This document shows positions 26,701 to 38,850 of a stretch of DNA of 64,000 bases, in pieces. A model generated the notes under the pieces. It saw only the letters and a program-made list of their open reading frames with translations. It searched no databases and was not told where the DNA came from. The stretch covers positions 372,001 through 436,000 of the forward strand of contig JAPEUD010000006.1 in assembly GCA_026026165.1 (NCBI GenBank), in the 5' to 3' direction. The first letter of the stretch is position 1. Every line of letters starts with the position of its first letter. The DNA is from Sarea resinae (lineage: Eukaryota). The position numbers and the translations under genes are program-made.

Positions 26701-29700
26701 TGAACATCCACAATCTCTTTCTCGCGACGCAAGTATTTGATCACTTCTTGGATGTTTTCGAGCTCCGAGCCAGGAGTGACGTTAGATTCTTCGTTTTCTC
26801 CCAGCGAAGCACGGTTCTGCTGAAGAGCTGATATTTGGCTTGTAACACTCTCGAGCTGTTGATGCAGCAATTTGTTTTGAGCATTGATATCCTCACGTCT
26901 GGTCTTGAGTTCAGATAGCTCTCTTTCGTAGTGACTCCTCGTCTCCGCCCAGCTCTCCTCGCTCTGAGAAAGCGTGGCTCTGGCTGCCTCCGCGTCCGTC
27001 CTCAGCGCGACGACTTCCGTCTTGAGCTCATTGTATTCGCCGCGCACTTTCTGAAGAGCCTTGGCTGCTTCAGCGTGCTTGACCAGCTCATTCTCGTAGT
27101 TTTGTTGTGCCCGCTGTGCGATCTCCGCCTGAGCTTTGAGGTCCTCCTGGTGGAATTGCGCAGCCGCAGCGTTGCGTTCGGATTCGTCCTTCACCCTAGC
27201 CAGGTCTGCTTCAAATTGTGCATGTTGCTCTTCGACCTTTCGAGCCTGTTCGGCCTGCTCTGATCGCAGGGTGTTGAGCTCAGTGTTCGAATTAGAAAGC
27301 TCGGCTGTGATATCTTCAACTCGTTGTTCGAGGTCGCGAATCTTAGAGTCTTTTTCTTCAAGGAGCCGATCCATTTCTGCTCGGTACTGATCTTGCGTCT
27401 CGTTGAGACTTTGCAGCTCCTCCTCACTTGATTGGCTAATAGCCTTGTACTGCTCAACGGCAGCTTGAGCGTTCTCGAATTCGCCCTTGGCAAGTTCCAG
27501 GTCGCGCTTGAGCTCGGAAACTTCCATTGCGAGTTCTTGCTCTCTCCTCAGAGCGTCCTCTTGGTCCTCTTCCGGCTGGTCAGTGTTCTCGGCATTAGAT
27601 GTTGAACGGGGCGTTGGTCTTGGCTGGAGAACTTGGACTCTCTCCTCGGCGCTTCGTAATTCGATGGTCATTTCGTCAACGCGTGCTTGTAGATGATCAC
27701 GGGTGGTCTTTGCAGCGACTAGCTCTTCACGAATAGAGCCAAGGCTGGCAACCAGATCATCAATCCGCTGTCGGTTTTGATTTGCCTCATATTCTCTTCG
27801 GAGAGCTGCCTTCTTGCCGTCCTCTACCTCGTCGTTTAATTTCCGCTTTGTCGCCTGTAGTTCAGATGCCAAAGCATCGACCCGCTCTTGAAGCCTCCTC
27901 CTCGTTTCCGAAGACGATAGTTCCCGCTCGTTCAGCAGGTTTTGGAGATTCGTATTCAGTCCATTGAGCCGGCTCTTCTCATTGAGCAAAGCCTCGTTGT
28001 CCTCATTCAATCTCTTCTCGATCTTCTTCCACAAGTCTTTCTCCGCCTTGAGATTTGCTGTCTCATTTCGCATGCTCTCCGCCAGCCCTCGTGCTTCCAC
28101 CAACTCTTCGGCCACTTGCTGAGTCTTCAAGTCTTGCTTGGCAGCACTCTCGGCAAGGACCTGGGAACGCTTTTGAAGCTCGCTGTTCTCTGACTGTAGC
28201 ATGCTGAAGTTGGCCTGTAACATGTCGTATCTTTCCCGAGCAAGCGTGACTTGACTAGAATAGCGAGCCGAATCCGCCTGGAGTTCACTCTTATCCTTTG
28301 CAAGCTTATCAATCTGATCTTTGAGGGCTCTGAGATCAGTGGCAGCCTCCTGTCGATAGGCATCGAAATGGCTTTGCAGATCTTTAAGAAGCTTGGCGTA
28401 ATCGCCCAGGTCCTTCGCGCTAGGCGACTCCGCGCTGTGCAGCAAACCGTTTGGAGGAGTGGCTGGGGGGGCACCGCCGTCAATAGACTGGCCGAACATG
28501 GATGCTAGATCAGAGTTGGGTGGTATCTGTCCACGGTGTGAGAGCATGCGTCTAAACATATCGCGTTCCCTAATATAGCTCTGTGATTGGGTGACCATGG
28601 ATTTCATCTCGTCCTTATAGCGTTCCACTCTTGAACGAAGCGTTTCCAACTCTTCTCGCTCTCCCATTCCGGCCTCGGCTGTCTGCTTAGCTCGTGATTC
28701 TTCAGCTTCCATCTTCTCACCAAGCTCTCTGGTGACCCGTAGCAGCTGCACATTCTGGTCCTGCAATTCGCGGATGTTCCTGAAAACGGTCAAACGTTGG
28801 CTGATGAATCTATCAGTATCCGTCATTCCTTCAAGTGCGTCTTCGTCAGCCTCGCCGCGAGCGATGCGTTCCAATTGCATTTGCTCGGCAGCACTGAGAG
28901 CGGTAAATCCTTCATCGTGGGAGTGGACTTCCAGAAGGAGAAGTTTGATCTGTGCGCTAAGATCACGCAACTGTTGTCGTAGAATATCACCTTCTCTTGT
29001 CAAACCTTCCACCTGGCCTTCCCACCTCCTAGATTCCTTCTTTGCTTCGTCCCGCTCTTTCCCAACCTCGTCCAAGTATGAGGATAATTCGGCCACTTCT
29101 CCCTGGAGCTGGTCATGCTCGGCGTGAAGTTCTTCGATTTCGGGTTGTTTTAGTTCAAGATCCTGGATCATCTCATCAATAGTAGCACTGAGCTTCTCAT
29201 TGCGACGACGTTCCATGTCAAGTTCGGCCTTAGCGTTGGAGTACTCCGTGTACATCTGGGTGAAGTTCAAGCCCCCCTTTATCTTTGATGCGCCGGGAGA
29301 AAACGCTGAAGCTCCAAAGCGTGTAGGTGTGCTGGCGCCGTCACCGTTCACACTTCGTCGGGGCGTGCCTGGAAGGGATGCGGCAGTCTGTAGATTCGAG
29401 ACGTCGGCTTCTAATCTTTCGATCTGAACCTCTAGCTCGATAATCCTCTGCTCGGCCGCTTCCTTCTCTGATCTCTCGGTTTCAGCCTCGGCGCGAATCT
29501 TGCCGATCTCGTCTGCTGCATCTTCCTTGGCTTGCTCCAAAGCATTTTGCAATTCCTGCATTCGTTCCCTCGCGGTAGTTGCAGCATTCTTCTGAAGCTC
29601 GGCAAGACGATTTGCACTGTCAAGCTCGACCTTGAATCCTTCCTCACTCCTGGCGGCTTCCTCCTGCAATCTCTGGATCTTGGCGAAGGCATCGTCCGCC

Positions 29701-30557
29701 TTCTGTCCCACTTCCTCGAGTCGTTTGCGCAAGGTCGTCTCGGTACGCTTCAATGACTCGACGGAAGAATTACTCTCCTCATTGAGACGCTGCAGCTCGG
29801 CGATTCGAGCGCCCTTCTCCTTGCGATATTTGAGATATTCGGCCGACTTCGTCTTTAGTTCTGACTCGAACCATTCATTGTTCTTTTTTAGGAGCTCGAT
29901 CTCTTGTTGTAAGCTCTGTTCGCGGAATTTCGAAGTCGTGGAGGATGAACTGGCCGTCTGTAGAGATTGTTCCAAATTGGATAATTCCCGGCGTAGCTCA
30001 ATGGTCTTCTGATGTTCGCTCGACAACTCATCCGCGAGTCTGTCATAGGCAGTAGACTTTGATTCCAGTAGAGACAGGGTGTCGCGATTTGAGGATTCAA
30101 GAGACGATATTCGAGACTTCAGTGCTTCGACCTCAGAGGTAGATGTGGAGGCCGAGGATTTCAGATTTTGGAGTTCCGACTCGAGTGCCGATCGCGCATT
30201 CTCTGTACATGACAGATGTCAGCCTATGACAAGCCATCGCCATCTCGCCTTCAGAGAGCTCCTACCTTGCTCCTTTAGCTTTCCCCTCACGTCTGAAACC
30301 TCCTTCAGACTCTTATCAACTGTAGACTTGAGCGCACGGTTCTTGGTCTCTCCACTTCGAACCGCATTCTCCAATTCGACGTCTGTCCGTAATTTCTCTG
30401 ATCTAAGCTCCTCATGTTCTCGGGCCTTGGAGGCGACGCTTTCGAGGAAAGACTTCACGAGCTCAGTCGTAGGTGCATCAATTAGAGCGGACAGCGTCGT
30501 TTCTGGCACGGAGCAGTAAGACGAAAGAAATGGCACATCAACAGTCGCGGCCGCCAT
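23766..30557 (-). CDS. MLP1: Nuclear basket coiled-coil nucleoporin Mlp1/Tpr (3 exons: ~30557-30266, 30202-25716, 25664-23766)
   Basis: More than 2000 aa of coiled coil with Tpr/Mlp-type segments (QLRDLSAQIKLLL, ISQRLTVFRNIRELQDQN, AQQNYENELVKHAEAA, ELNLFRESSITLRNE, WQQRTQNILQKYDRVDP). Q/G/RGG-rich tail with a basic NLS-like end. GT-AG introns join the three ORF-track pieces. Confidence 0.93.
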
Positions 30558-30918
30558 GATTGCTGACGATCGGTAGTCGAGTATGCTGTTGTTGAGTGTT
30601 GGCGAGAGCTATGCCAGAGAGAGGATCGTCCTCTCGTCCCGCAATTGAGCTTCCCTCAGCGCGTCACGGACCCTAGGGCGTGCGCAAACGTGAGAAGTGA
30701 ATACTCCTCAGTCCGGTGAAGTTCAACTATGACATCTTCACGAAAGTCGAGAGGTCATTGGGAAGGCTGGCGTGGTGAGCCCTTGATGAGTCCGATGAAT
30801 GAAAGCGATTGTTTCTAGTGTTTCTCTGACGGCTTCAATGCTTGTTTGTCTCGGGCCGTCTGTGCTCGCTACACTGCACACATGGCACCCTTAGCTTACC
30901 GAAGCCATCCTCTGAGGC

Positions 30919-30927
30919 TCCAGCTTA
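30919..30927 (+). repeat. Left target-site duplication TCCAGCTTA
   Basis: Identical 9-mer immediately outside both TIRs. If the TIR is extended by the A/T pair, the TSD reads as the 7-mer CCAGCTT. Confidence 0.85.
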
Positions 30928-30948
30928 TTGCCTCAGTATACTCAGACC
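30928..30948 (+). repeat. Left terminal inverted repeat
   Basis: Reverse complement of 38851-38871 with one mismatch. Confidence 0.9.
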
Positions 30949-31199
30949 TCGCTTGGCGGGTGGTCCGCTGCGCACGGACCACTATTGCCTAAATAGGCAA
31001 TCCACCAGCCAGAGGTCTGAGGCAATTTCTCTAATTTTCTATGTCAGCAGCGGCTAATTTGTATAGAGTCAGCGATTATTAGCAAGCATTAATTTCAAAC
31101 TATAAGATATCTGCAACTACAACGCCTATAGCAGTAATAGCTATATTATCTGAAAGCTACACTTCTATTCTATAATTAATTACTATATCTGCTTCTAGG

Positions 31200-33900
31200 A
31201 CTAATCCTAATGTGCAGAGGAAGCGCTAGCAGACAACGACTATTTCTGCACTAATATCTGCGCTAACCACGCTACAGACATTCTCTTCTGCATTGCTAAC
31301 CCTTATATTAGCGCTGTTAGCATCAAATACTAATTAGTCTCTGCTAGAAGCGTTAGCAGATAAGGTTATACCTAGCAGAATAAGTGCAGAGGCTAAGCTC
31401 TACTACATTATTGCTAAGTTATAGGAGTAGCAAGTAACGCCTTTAACTCTTATAACGTTCTAGCTAGAACATATAAAGGATAATTAAAACTTCTGCTAAG
31501 CTAAGCAAAGGAAAGACCTTATTAGATTAGTCCTTAGATTTAATAATATCAACAATCTTCTGTTAGAAGCAGACAAAGGCCTAGCTGTAGTAATAGACAG
31601 CAGTATTAGCCTTATCTGCAGCGAATTAAACTAGCTACAGAATCGTTGTCAGCTGTTTAGCTAATACAGCAAAGACTTAGACTTTAAGACACTTAATATA
31701 ACTCGCTCTACAGGCAACATCTTAGAGATAGCGCCTATGTTGTCACAACTAATTAGCAGTGCAGCTGAATCGCAGTATGCAGCGAAACATTAGCAGAGGA
31801 CCTATTTAGCAGACGCTAGACGACTTGTTATAACAGCATCTATGTTCTGTCTTAGCTACGCTAAATTGTTAATGAATTGCTTTGCCTGCCTACTAGGATT
31901 ATATCTATAAGACTCTAGGTTAACACAGCGTGCGCTAAGCACGCTCTATAGCCTAGGTCTAGTAGATAGATATCGTATAATAGACATGTAGAAACAGCAG
32001 ATATTAGATTAGAGCAAGGAATGTGTCCCCTAAACGCTACTATTAGCTAGGGCTAACTAAACAAAGGCAGATATCTGCTTAGCCGCGCAGACGTAGGACT
32101 ACACTATTATATATAACAACTTTAAATAGCACGCAAAAACACAGCATTAAACAGTTAGTTATACTAGAACGCTCTACTTATACACTACTAGAAAACTCCT
32201 ACACAGACAATGTTTACTAAGCAGAGGACTAACGCAGGACATGTTCTACTCTAATGTTTGTGCTAATGTAATGACTCTTCTAGAAGCAGACAGAAATCAA
32301 GTCGATAAAACGCAGGCGCAGATATTAACGCATTTAGTTGCTAGTGCTATTTGCACAGCATGTCTAGACGTTGTTAATGCTATATTCGCAGCAGATATTA
32401 ATGCTTTCCTGCAAATGCCAGCTGTTAACGTTCTTCTGCCCTTGCAAATAGAGTATATAACCCTTAGACTAATCACTAAATCTAAGGGCTCTGTAGCAGG
32501 CACATATTAGGTGTTAGATAACATCTTTGCTAGCTAACTAGAGAAGGATACAGTCGACTTTAAAAACAAGTTAGTGTTAGTATTTAGTGACTAGAAAACA
32601 ACAGCGCTAATCTGCTCTTATTAGCTTAAGCGATTAGAGGTAGCAGATATATATAATCGACTTAATTAGATATTATCAGTACCTAGCCTCTTTTACTTGC
32701 GGATAAACCTGCTGGCATTGATTGTTAGATCGCACTACAGCAGACAGAGCAGTCTCAACTAATACTCGACGTTATATTCGCATATAAATTACCTTAGTTG
32801 TCAGAATATACCTGCAGATAAAGCGCTGTTTCACTACTAGTAAGAGCTTGTTCAACATAGCTTTCAGGCTAGAATAGTTGCACTATTTATATCATAACTG
32901 TCTGTTTTATATAGACGACAAAGTAAAGGCTAACTAGATAAGATGCTCTGCAAAATGACTCCTGCAAACTTTCTTGCTTAGGTAGAGAATATCTGCAAAA
33001 CTATCTTCTTTGCTGCTAGCTATTAGGAGTTAGCTTAATATAAGAAGGATATACATAGTAGAGATAGAGACATAGTAGGTGCTAGTCGAAAGCAGAATTA
33101 TAAGCAGCAGCATCTCCTGCATGATTCTAAGTATTTCAATCACATTTGCTTTCTGCACTATATAGAAACATACTTGACCTTAAGGCATGCTATTAAATTC
33201 GCTGATATTAGTTTGCTCTGCCGCGCGATTACCTACAGCTGTCTGTATTTCAGCAGAAGTGGTTCGCATAACTATTTGTAAGAGATAATCTGATTTTAGC
33301 AGCTAATATTAACGCTAACGTGTGATCTATGTCTGTAAGAGGCTATACTTGCAAATAGTCTTATCAGCAACTACAACAAACTAGGTGCCTTTATAGAAGT
33401 CGATTAGATAAACAAGCTGTTAAATCTAGAATTAAAGACTATCTTACAGACTAAGGGCAATTCAACGTTTGATATAACAGCTTTATTTAAATAGTTAGTG
33501 CTGCTAACTAGCTATCTTGCTCTGCTTTGTGCTGAGTTTAAGTTTGTATTTAGCGAGCAGACAAACACTTCTTATACTAACAAATCTGCTGCTGCAGATA
33601 TTAGGAGTCTTGCAGATATCATTGCCTAAGACTCTATAATCCGCTGCAAGGATAGGATGTCTGCATATATAGCTCTAGGATTGTTGCAATTAGGTGTTAT
33701 ACAACTAGCTTAGAAGAGGCTGCCTACGCTTGCTAGCAGATATATAGATCTAGATAAGGAGGGTATTTCTAATATAGACTAACAGATAGTAGAGGCGTTA
33801 GTAGGCCTTAATATAAGTATATCTTAGCGGCTTTATTGTGATTTGTATAATAGCTGACTTTATTGTAGGCACTAGATACCTGATTAGTATAGCAGACAAA
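31200..33900 (+). pseudogene. DUF6589-like (Academ-type DDE) transposase pseudogene; boundaries approximate
   Basis: One frame (that of ORF 32241-32510) reads YNNFK* (32112; YDNFEQ after reversing C>T/G>A), VFSD*KTTALIC (32580; VFGDQKT...R), PSLFYLRIN (32682; PGLFHLRMN), HAIKFADISLL, SGSHNY and FIEVD*INKLLN (33390; D...E..N). No frameshift between these motifs. Confidence 0.75.
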
Positions 33901-34299
33901 CGCACGATTATACTACTTCCTAGTTATATACTAAATCATAATTGCAATTTGATTCTATCTACTATTATATGCCTAACTAGCTAGCTGTCAGCTTAGCTAT
34001 GTCAGACTAACAGCCTATGCAGCGGATAATGTTTAGGATCTTAAGGATATCACTTGCTATACACAACTACCCTGCTCTTAGATCTGTAATGTCTGCTTGT
34101 AAATCAGCTATTAAGTCATTGCTGACAGCGGCTGCAGCAGCAGAAGGTCCTGCAGACGCAGAAGAAGGTGCTGTTACAGCGACAGTATGTCCTGCAGACG
34201 CAGACAAAGCGGCTAGCTAATAAGAAAGACGTTAGCAGGGCTAGGTTTTAGTAAGAGGTGAGTCGCTAGCTGTGTCTTTATCTAGGTCATTATTATTAA

Positions 34300-35440
34300 C
34301 AGCTTCCTTAGTCTTCTGTTGCTAAACAATTCGTCAGCTAACCTAGTCTAATATATATATGCATCGAATATACCTTCTGTAGCCTTTTGCTATTGTCTAA
34401 CGCATTATTCTTACGCTTTTTGCCTTTGTTAAGACGCAAAGAGGTGCAGACAGCCTTCTTAATATGTTAGCTATAGCGGATATTCACTATAACATACCAC
34501 TGCTATAGCAGATATAGCGGATAGACATACTAGAGGAGTATTATTATTATTCGCATTAATCACACACAGTTTTCCAGCCTAGCGACACCCTACGCAACTG
34601 TCTCCTAGCTTAACTATATGCTTCTTAACTTCTTAGCAGTAGACCTTGCAAGGGATGCCTTTTTTAACACATTGTTCGCACTTGTAGGTTAGCTCTATAC
34701 CCTAGTATAGGTCGTTGAATATCAAATCAGCATAGGCATAGGCTTTCTAGCAAGTCTCCTTTAGCCTATTCTAAACAGCGTCTGAACACGTTAGCTAGTC
34801 TAGTTTAGTTAGACGTGCAATAAACTATTGTTTATTATAAAATCAGCATTACGCACAGTTCTCTGCAGCAGCAGATAATTAGGCCGCGGCGGCAGACAGG
34901 CTAGCAGCAGACAGGTTAGCGGCAGACAGGTTAGCAGCAGACAGGTTAGCGGCAGACAGTTAGGCGGCGGCAGACAATTAGGCGATAGCAGCAGACAGCT
35001 TATCTTCGAACAATTTCAAAGCTTTAGCATTGTTATTATCCTCTAAGACAAACCCTAAAGACTAGTCTAACGTATACTCTGCTATCCCTTTACCTTTGTC
35101 CTTTAGCCCTGTATCTAAGTCATCTTTATCTGATGATTTATCTGCTAACCCTTTACCTTTGTCCTTTAGTAGCGCTGTACCTAATTCACCTTTGTTAGAG
35201 AGTTTGTCTGCTGCCGCCCTTTTAGTATATTGTTTAATTTCTGCACGTGGCAGCAGGCGGATTAGGAAGGGATATTCTGACTAATACTTGATTGCAGAGG
35301 CAGCAGACGACTTAGCAGAGGCGGCAGACAAAACAGCAGCAGCAGACAAGACAGCAGCGGCAGCAGATAAGACAGCAGCAGCAGCAGAGACAGCAGCGGC
35401 GGCAGACTCAGCAGCGGCAGCAGACTTAGTCCTAATTAGA
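34300..35440 (-). pseudogene. Third transposon-borne gene relic with a Zn2Cys6-like cluster and low-complexity repeats; boundaries approximate
   Basis: Minus strand 34680-34564 reads CEQC-VKKGIP-C-x17-CVGC-R*AGKL-C. Upstream lie 15-bp tandem repeats (34890-34960), a duplicated KDKGKG-coding segment (~35087, ~35149) and GCA-rich repeats (35300-35430). Confidence 0.55.
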
Positions 35441-35899
35441 AGTCAGTTATTATATCTAATATAATAAAGAAAAGTTTAAGATCAGGTTAGTTAAACAGTT
35501 AAAACTTACATAACTAATGTTAAGGTTTCCTCTCTAATCAGACAAAAGTCATTAGCAGCTGACATACTATAAAGTTGCTAGTAAGAGGTTAGAGTTAGTT
35601 AGAAGTGTCAACTTATACTAGCCTTAAAGCACCTTTAGTACTATTTGCAACGTTCGACAGATATTGCTCTAATACACTGTTCTTAGCGAAGTCATCAGCT
35701 ATAATAATAGCAAGGATAATATAGATATCAGTTATTAATAATTGACAGGCTGTAGCAGAGTTATTAAACGAAAGAGGTGCGATGTTAACAATGTTAATAA
35801 GGTTAACAAGGTGATAAGGTTGATAATATTTGCAGGTCAGCTATATAAAGAAGTGGTTCTTTGTTTGAACAAAGAAATCGCTAGTCAACTATTCACTTA

Positions 35900-38400
35900 A
35901 TTTATTAGGCGTACTCGTTTGCTAGATGCAGAAGTTAATAGCAGGCAGAGGTGAGTATTTATATCTACCTTAGCTAGAGGCTGACGTCTCTTATATAATC
36001 TATTAGGTTTGTCTAACAGAGTGTCAACTTGTAGTATGTGACGCGGATTAATGACAGGTGGCAAATCAGCTAGCTGACTAGATATATCAGATGCAGATAA
36101 TAAGGACAAGTTAGCTACAGCTAGTATTAAGGCCGCGGGTTGCACAGTCAAATCCTCTGCGCATATACAGGCTAACAACGCACTTAATTCAGACTAGCTA
36201 AGATCACTGCTAGCCTATTCTGCATATCTTAGCAACAAACCTACATTATAAATACTAGTCTTCTAAACGTATATCCGCTGTATAACGTCCTCTGATATTG
36301 TATATCCTGCTATAGAGACCTAGGTCATGTCCTTGTACTTTGTCTGCGTCTGCTCTAATATCTACTGCTTAATCTAAACAGCTATATGTTTGTTAGGGTA
36401 GCTAGATCGCGGCGTAATACCTGAGTTCAGCAGTTAAAAGTATAGCTTCCTAGATAAAACTAGCTCTAGGTTGCAGTTCAAACAGCAACGTCTGCGCAGA
36501 ACAGGTTCCTTAGTGTTTTTGTCTGCTAGCTGCTTATTAAACGCCTGCATAAATATTGCCTGCAAGCAGCCTTTCTCCTTGTTTGTAAAATTGTATAGCA
36601 GAAGAGGAAGCTCTACTCGCTGTTTGTATACATCTTTGTGCTTGACTTTCATAGGCTAAGGACCTATTTCAGCTAGTACAGCAATATACAACCTCTCTAG
36701 ACTTAGCTCTTGCATTATCCGCTGTTTAATATCTGCGTTAGCCGCGTTGTCATCTGATAATGCAACAGAGGAGACAGCAGAATCAACACTTATACTGTTA
36801 GAGTCTGCGCTTTTATATGCCTGCTCTTAACTTAATAGACTTAGCTAAGACAAGGAAGTTAATGTCTGCACAGCAGATGTCTGCGTGCTAGATATCTGCG
36901 ATCTTAACTGCTAGCTATTATCACTACCTGCTTGCCTTGCCCTAGTCTGCACTCTAGGACCTTTACACTACTTATTAATAAAGAAAATTGCCTCTCCTTT
37001 CTAACTAGCACCTTGTGCTGCCTGACTAAATCGTTGCTATACTAAGCTTAGAAGGCGATCACAAAAGATGCTAAGATAAACTACCTGCTTAATATCTGCG
37101 ACATCTGCACCCTAGGCAACTGCATCTGAATAGAGCAACACTCTTATTCTTAACTGCAGCTGTAAAAACTCTGCCTATATCTGCTCTTTGTCTTGCTCTG
37201 CAAGGGTAGCGTGGTACACATTAACTGTGTGCATTACTAACTGCGCTAAATATCTGCGGTCCTTTAGCCACTAACAGACCTTGTTGCAGGCTTCTATAAG
37301 CTGCTGTTTACTGTTAATAAATATCGCTGTCTTTAGGATCCGCTGCAGAGTTAGACAGTAACGTCGTTTAGTATAGCTACTATTAGCAGACAGCATAGGC
37401 GTCTTAGATTCTATAGCTAGCGTGGCTGATGCAAGAGATTCTAGCCTAACTGCAGCAGATGTTCTAATGTTTGCAGATATAGTTAGCTAGGACCTAGCTA
37501 TATCTGCAGTGTCCTTAGCACAGCCTTTAATAACAAAGTATAGGCAGTCAAATGACTTCTTATTACTGCAGCAGATATATTCGCAGATAATAGCTAGCTC
37601 TAGTCAATCAATTAAGGTGCAGATCAATTTAACGTCGTTATTAAAGCAAGCAAGCTAGTATACCTCTGCAAAGGTGTTGTTATCTAGTGTTGCAGTGCAA
37701 GCAAACTAGGGCTTGTTTCCTAGAAATCTGCAGAGGATACTAAGCTCAGCATAGGAGCTGCGAAAGAAGGACTAGTTTGAAATTAGATAAACCTTATCTA
37801 GCACTACAAGCGCTATCTGCTCCTGCAATTATATGTCTTTCTATATCCGCTTGAAATTTGTGCTAACTACAAGCTCTAGCGAGATTAGGATGTGTGTATA
37901 TTTGCAATTACAGATATCCTTAAGGAGTTAGTTGTTATTGTTCTAACCTGTTATATAAACAGGCTTTATACCTGTAAGCTCCTTTATCTGCATAGTCTGC
38001 TTATCTCTAATCTTATTTAGCAGAAGAATAACAATAACAATAGCGTTACAGACTAGACATAGAATTGACTGCATAATTATACTCTTGCTAAACAAAGTTT
38101 TAGCAACTAGAAAGAGATCTTTCTTAGTGTATATCAGCTAGCAGAGCGCTTGCAGCTGACCTATCCTTCTGCTATATAGGTATATCGCGCAGATAATTGC
38201 ATTAATCGCTGCAAGCTGTGCCTGTTTATCTGTATAGTAGAGCTCTTAAAGTCTGTCTTACAAGGCCTATATTTGACGCTCTTTATCTGTAGTAAGGTTG
38301 CTGTATGCTATTGCTTCTGCTTACAAACGTTCTTTATCTGCAGAGGGTAGCTGTAGTAGGCAGACATATTTGCCCTAGTTAGAGCGTCTTCTTTAAGGTA
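35900..38400 (-). pseudogene. RecQ-like SF2 helicase pseudogene; boundaries approximate
   Basis: One minus-strand frame reads DLFLVAKTLFSKS (Walker A, ~38104-38081; AKTSFGKS), ILLLNKIRDKQ (motif Ia; PLNKIGDEQ), YTHILISLEL (SPE), VVLDKVYLISN* (DEVH, ~37790), FACTATLD (III), VYHATL, SDAVA*GADVADI (V), *QRFSQAAQG (VI; WQRFGRAARG) and the Zn region GCLQAIF...CCLNCN (ORF 36434-36652, same frame). Confidence 0.88.
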
Positions 38401-38850
38401 TCTAGCAAATATAAGTGATCTAATAAGGAGACTATAGCTTTTTCTAACCTTATATAATTCTCTGAAGTTGTCACAGCTGATATAGTGCAGGCGTTGTTGT
38501 GATATTAAGGTAGAAATAATTGTCTTATAGTAAATCTACTGCTTATTAGTGCAAACAGTTATTTTTACTTTAAGGCATAAGATAATCTAATTAACTGCAC
38601 CTGTTACAATACAATTAGGACTATTTGATAGCCCTATTAAAACTGTATAGATAATTAGATTTCTATAGCTGCAGCAGATATAGTTGTAGATATATGCTAA
38701 TGAACTTGTTTGCTATACAGATGAAAAATCTGGTTTTGCCGCAAATTTTCAGAAAAATTGCCTCAGACCACATTTTCGTGGATTACCCTTTCGGGAATGC
38801 TTAGTCATTCATCCGAACGGGCCGGATGTTAATCCGGATCCACGTGATGT

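Noticed and set aside
30776..30835. TGATGA...CTGA with a short terminal stem (C/D snoRNA-like); also resembles a hammerhead core (TGATGAGTCCG...GAAA)
   Set aside because: Only ~50 nt between the boxes and no rRNA complement that I can recognise. The hammerhead core lacks the CUGA C and a pairing stem II.
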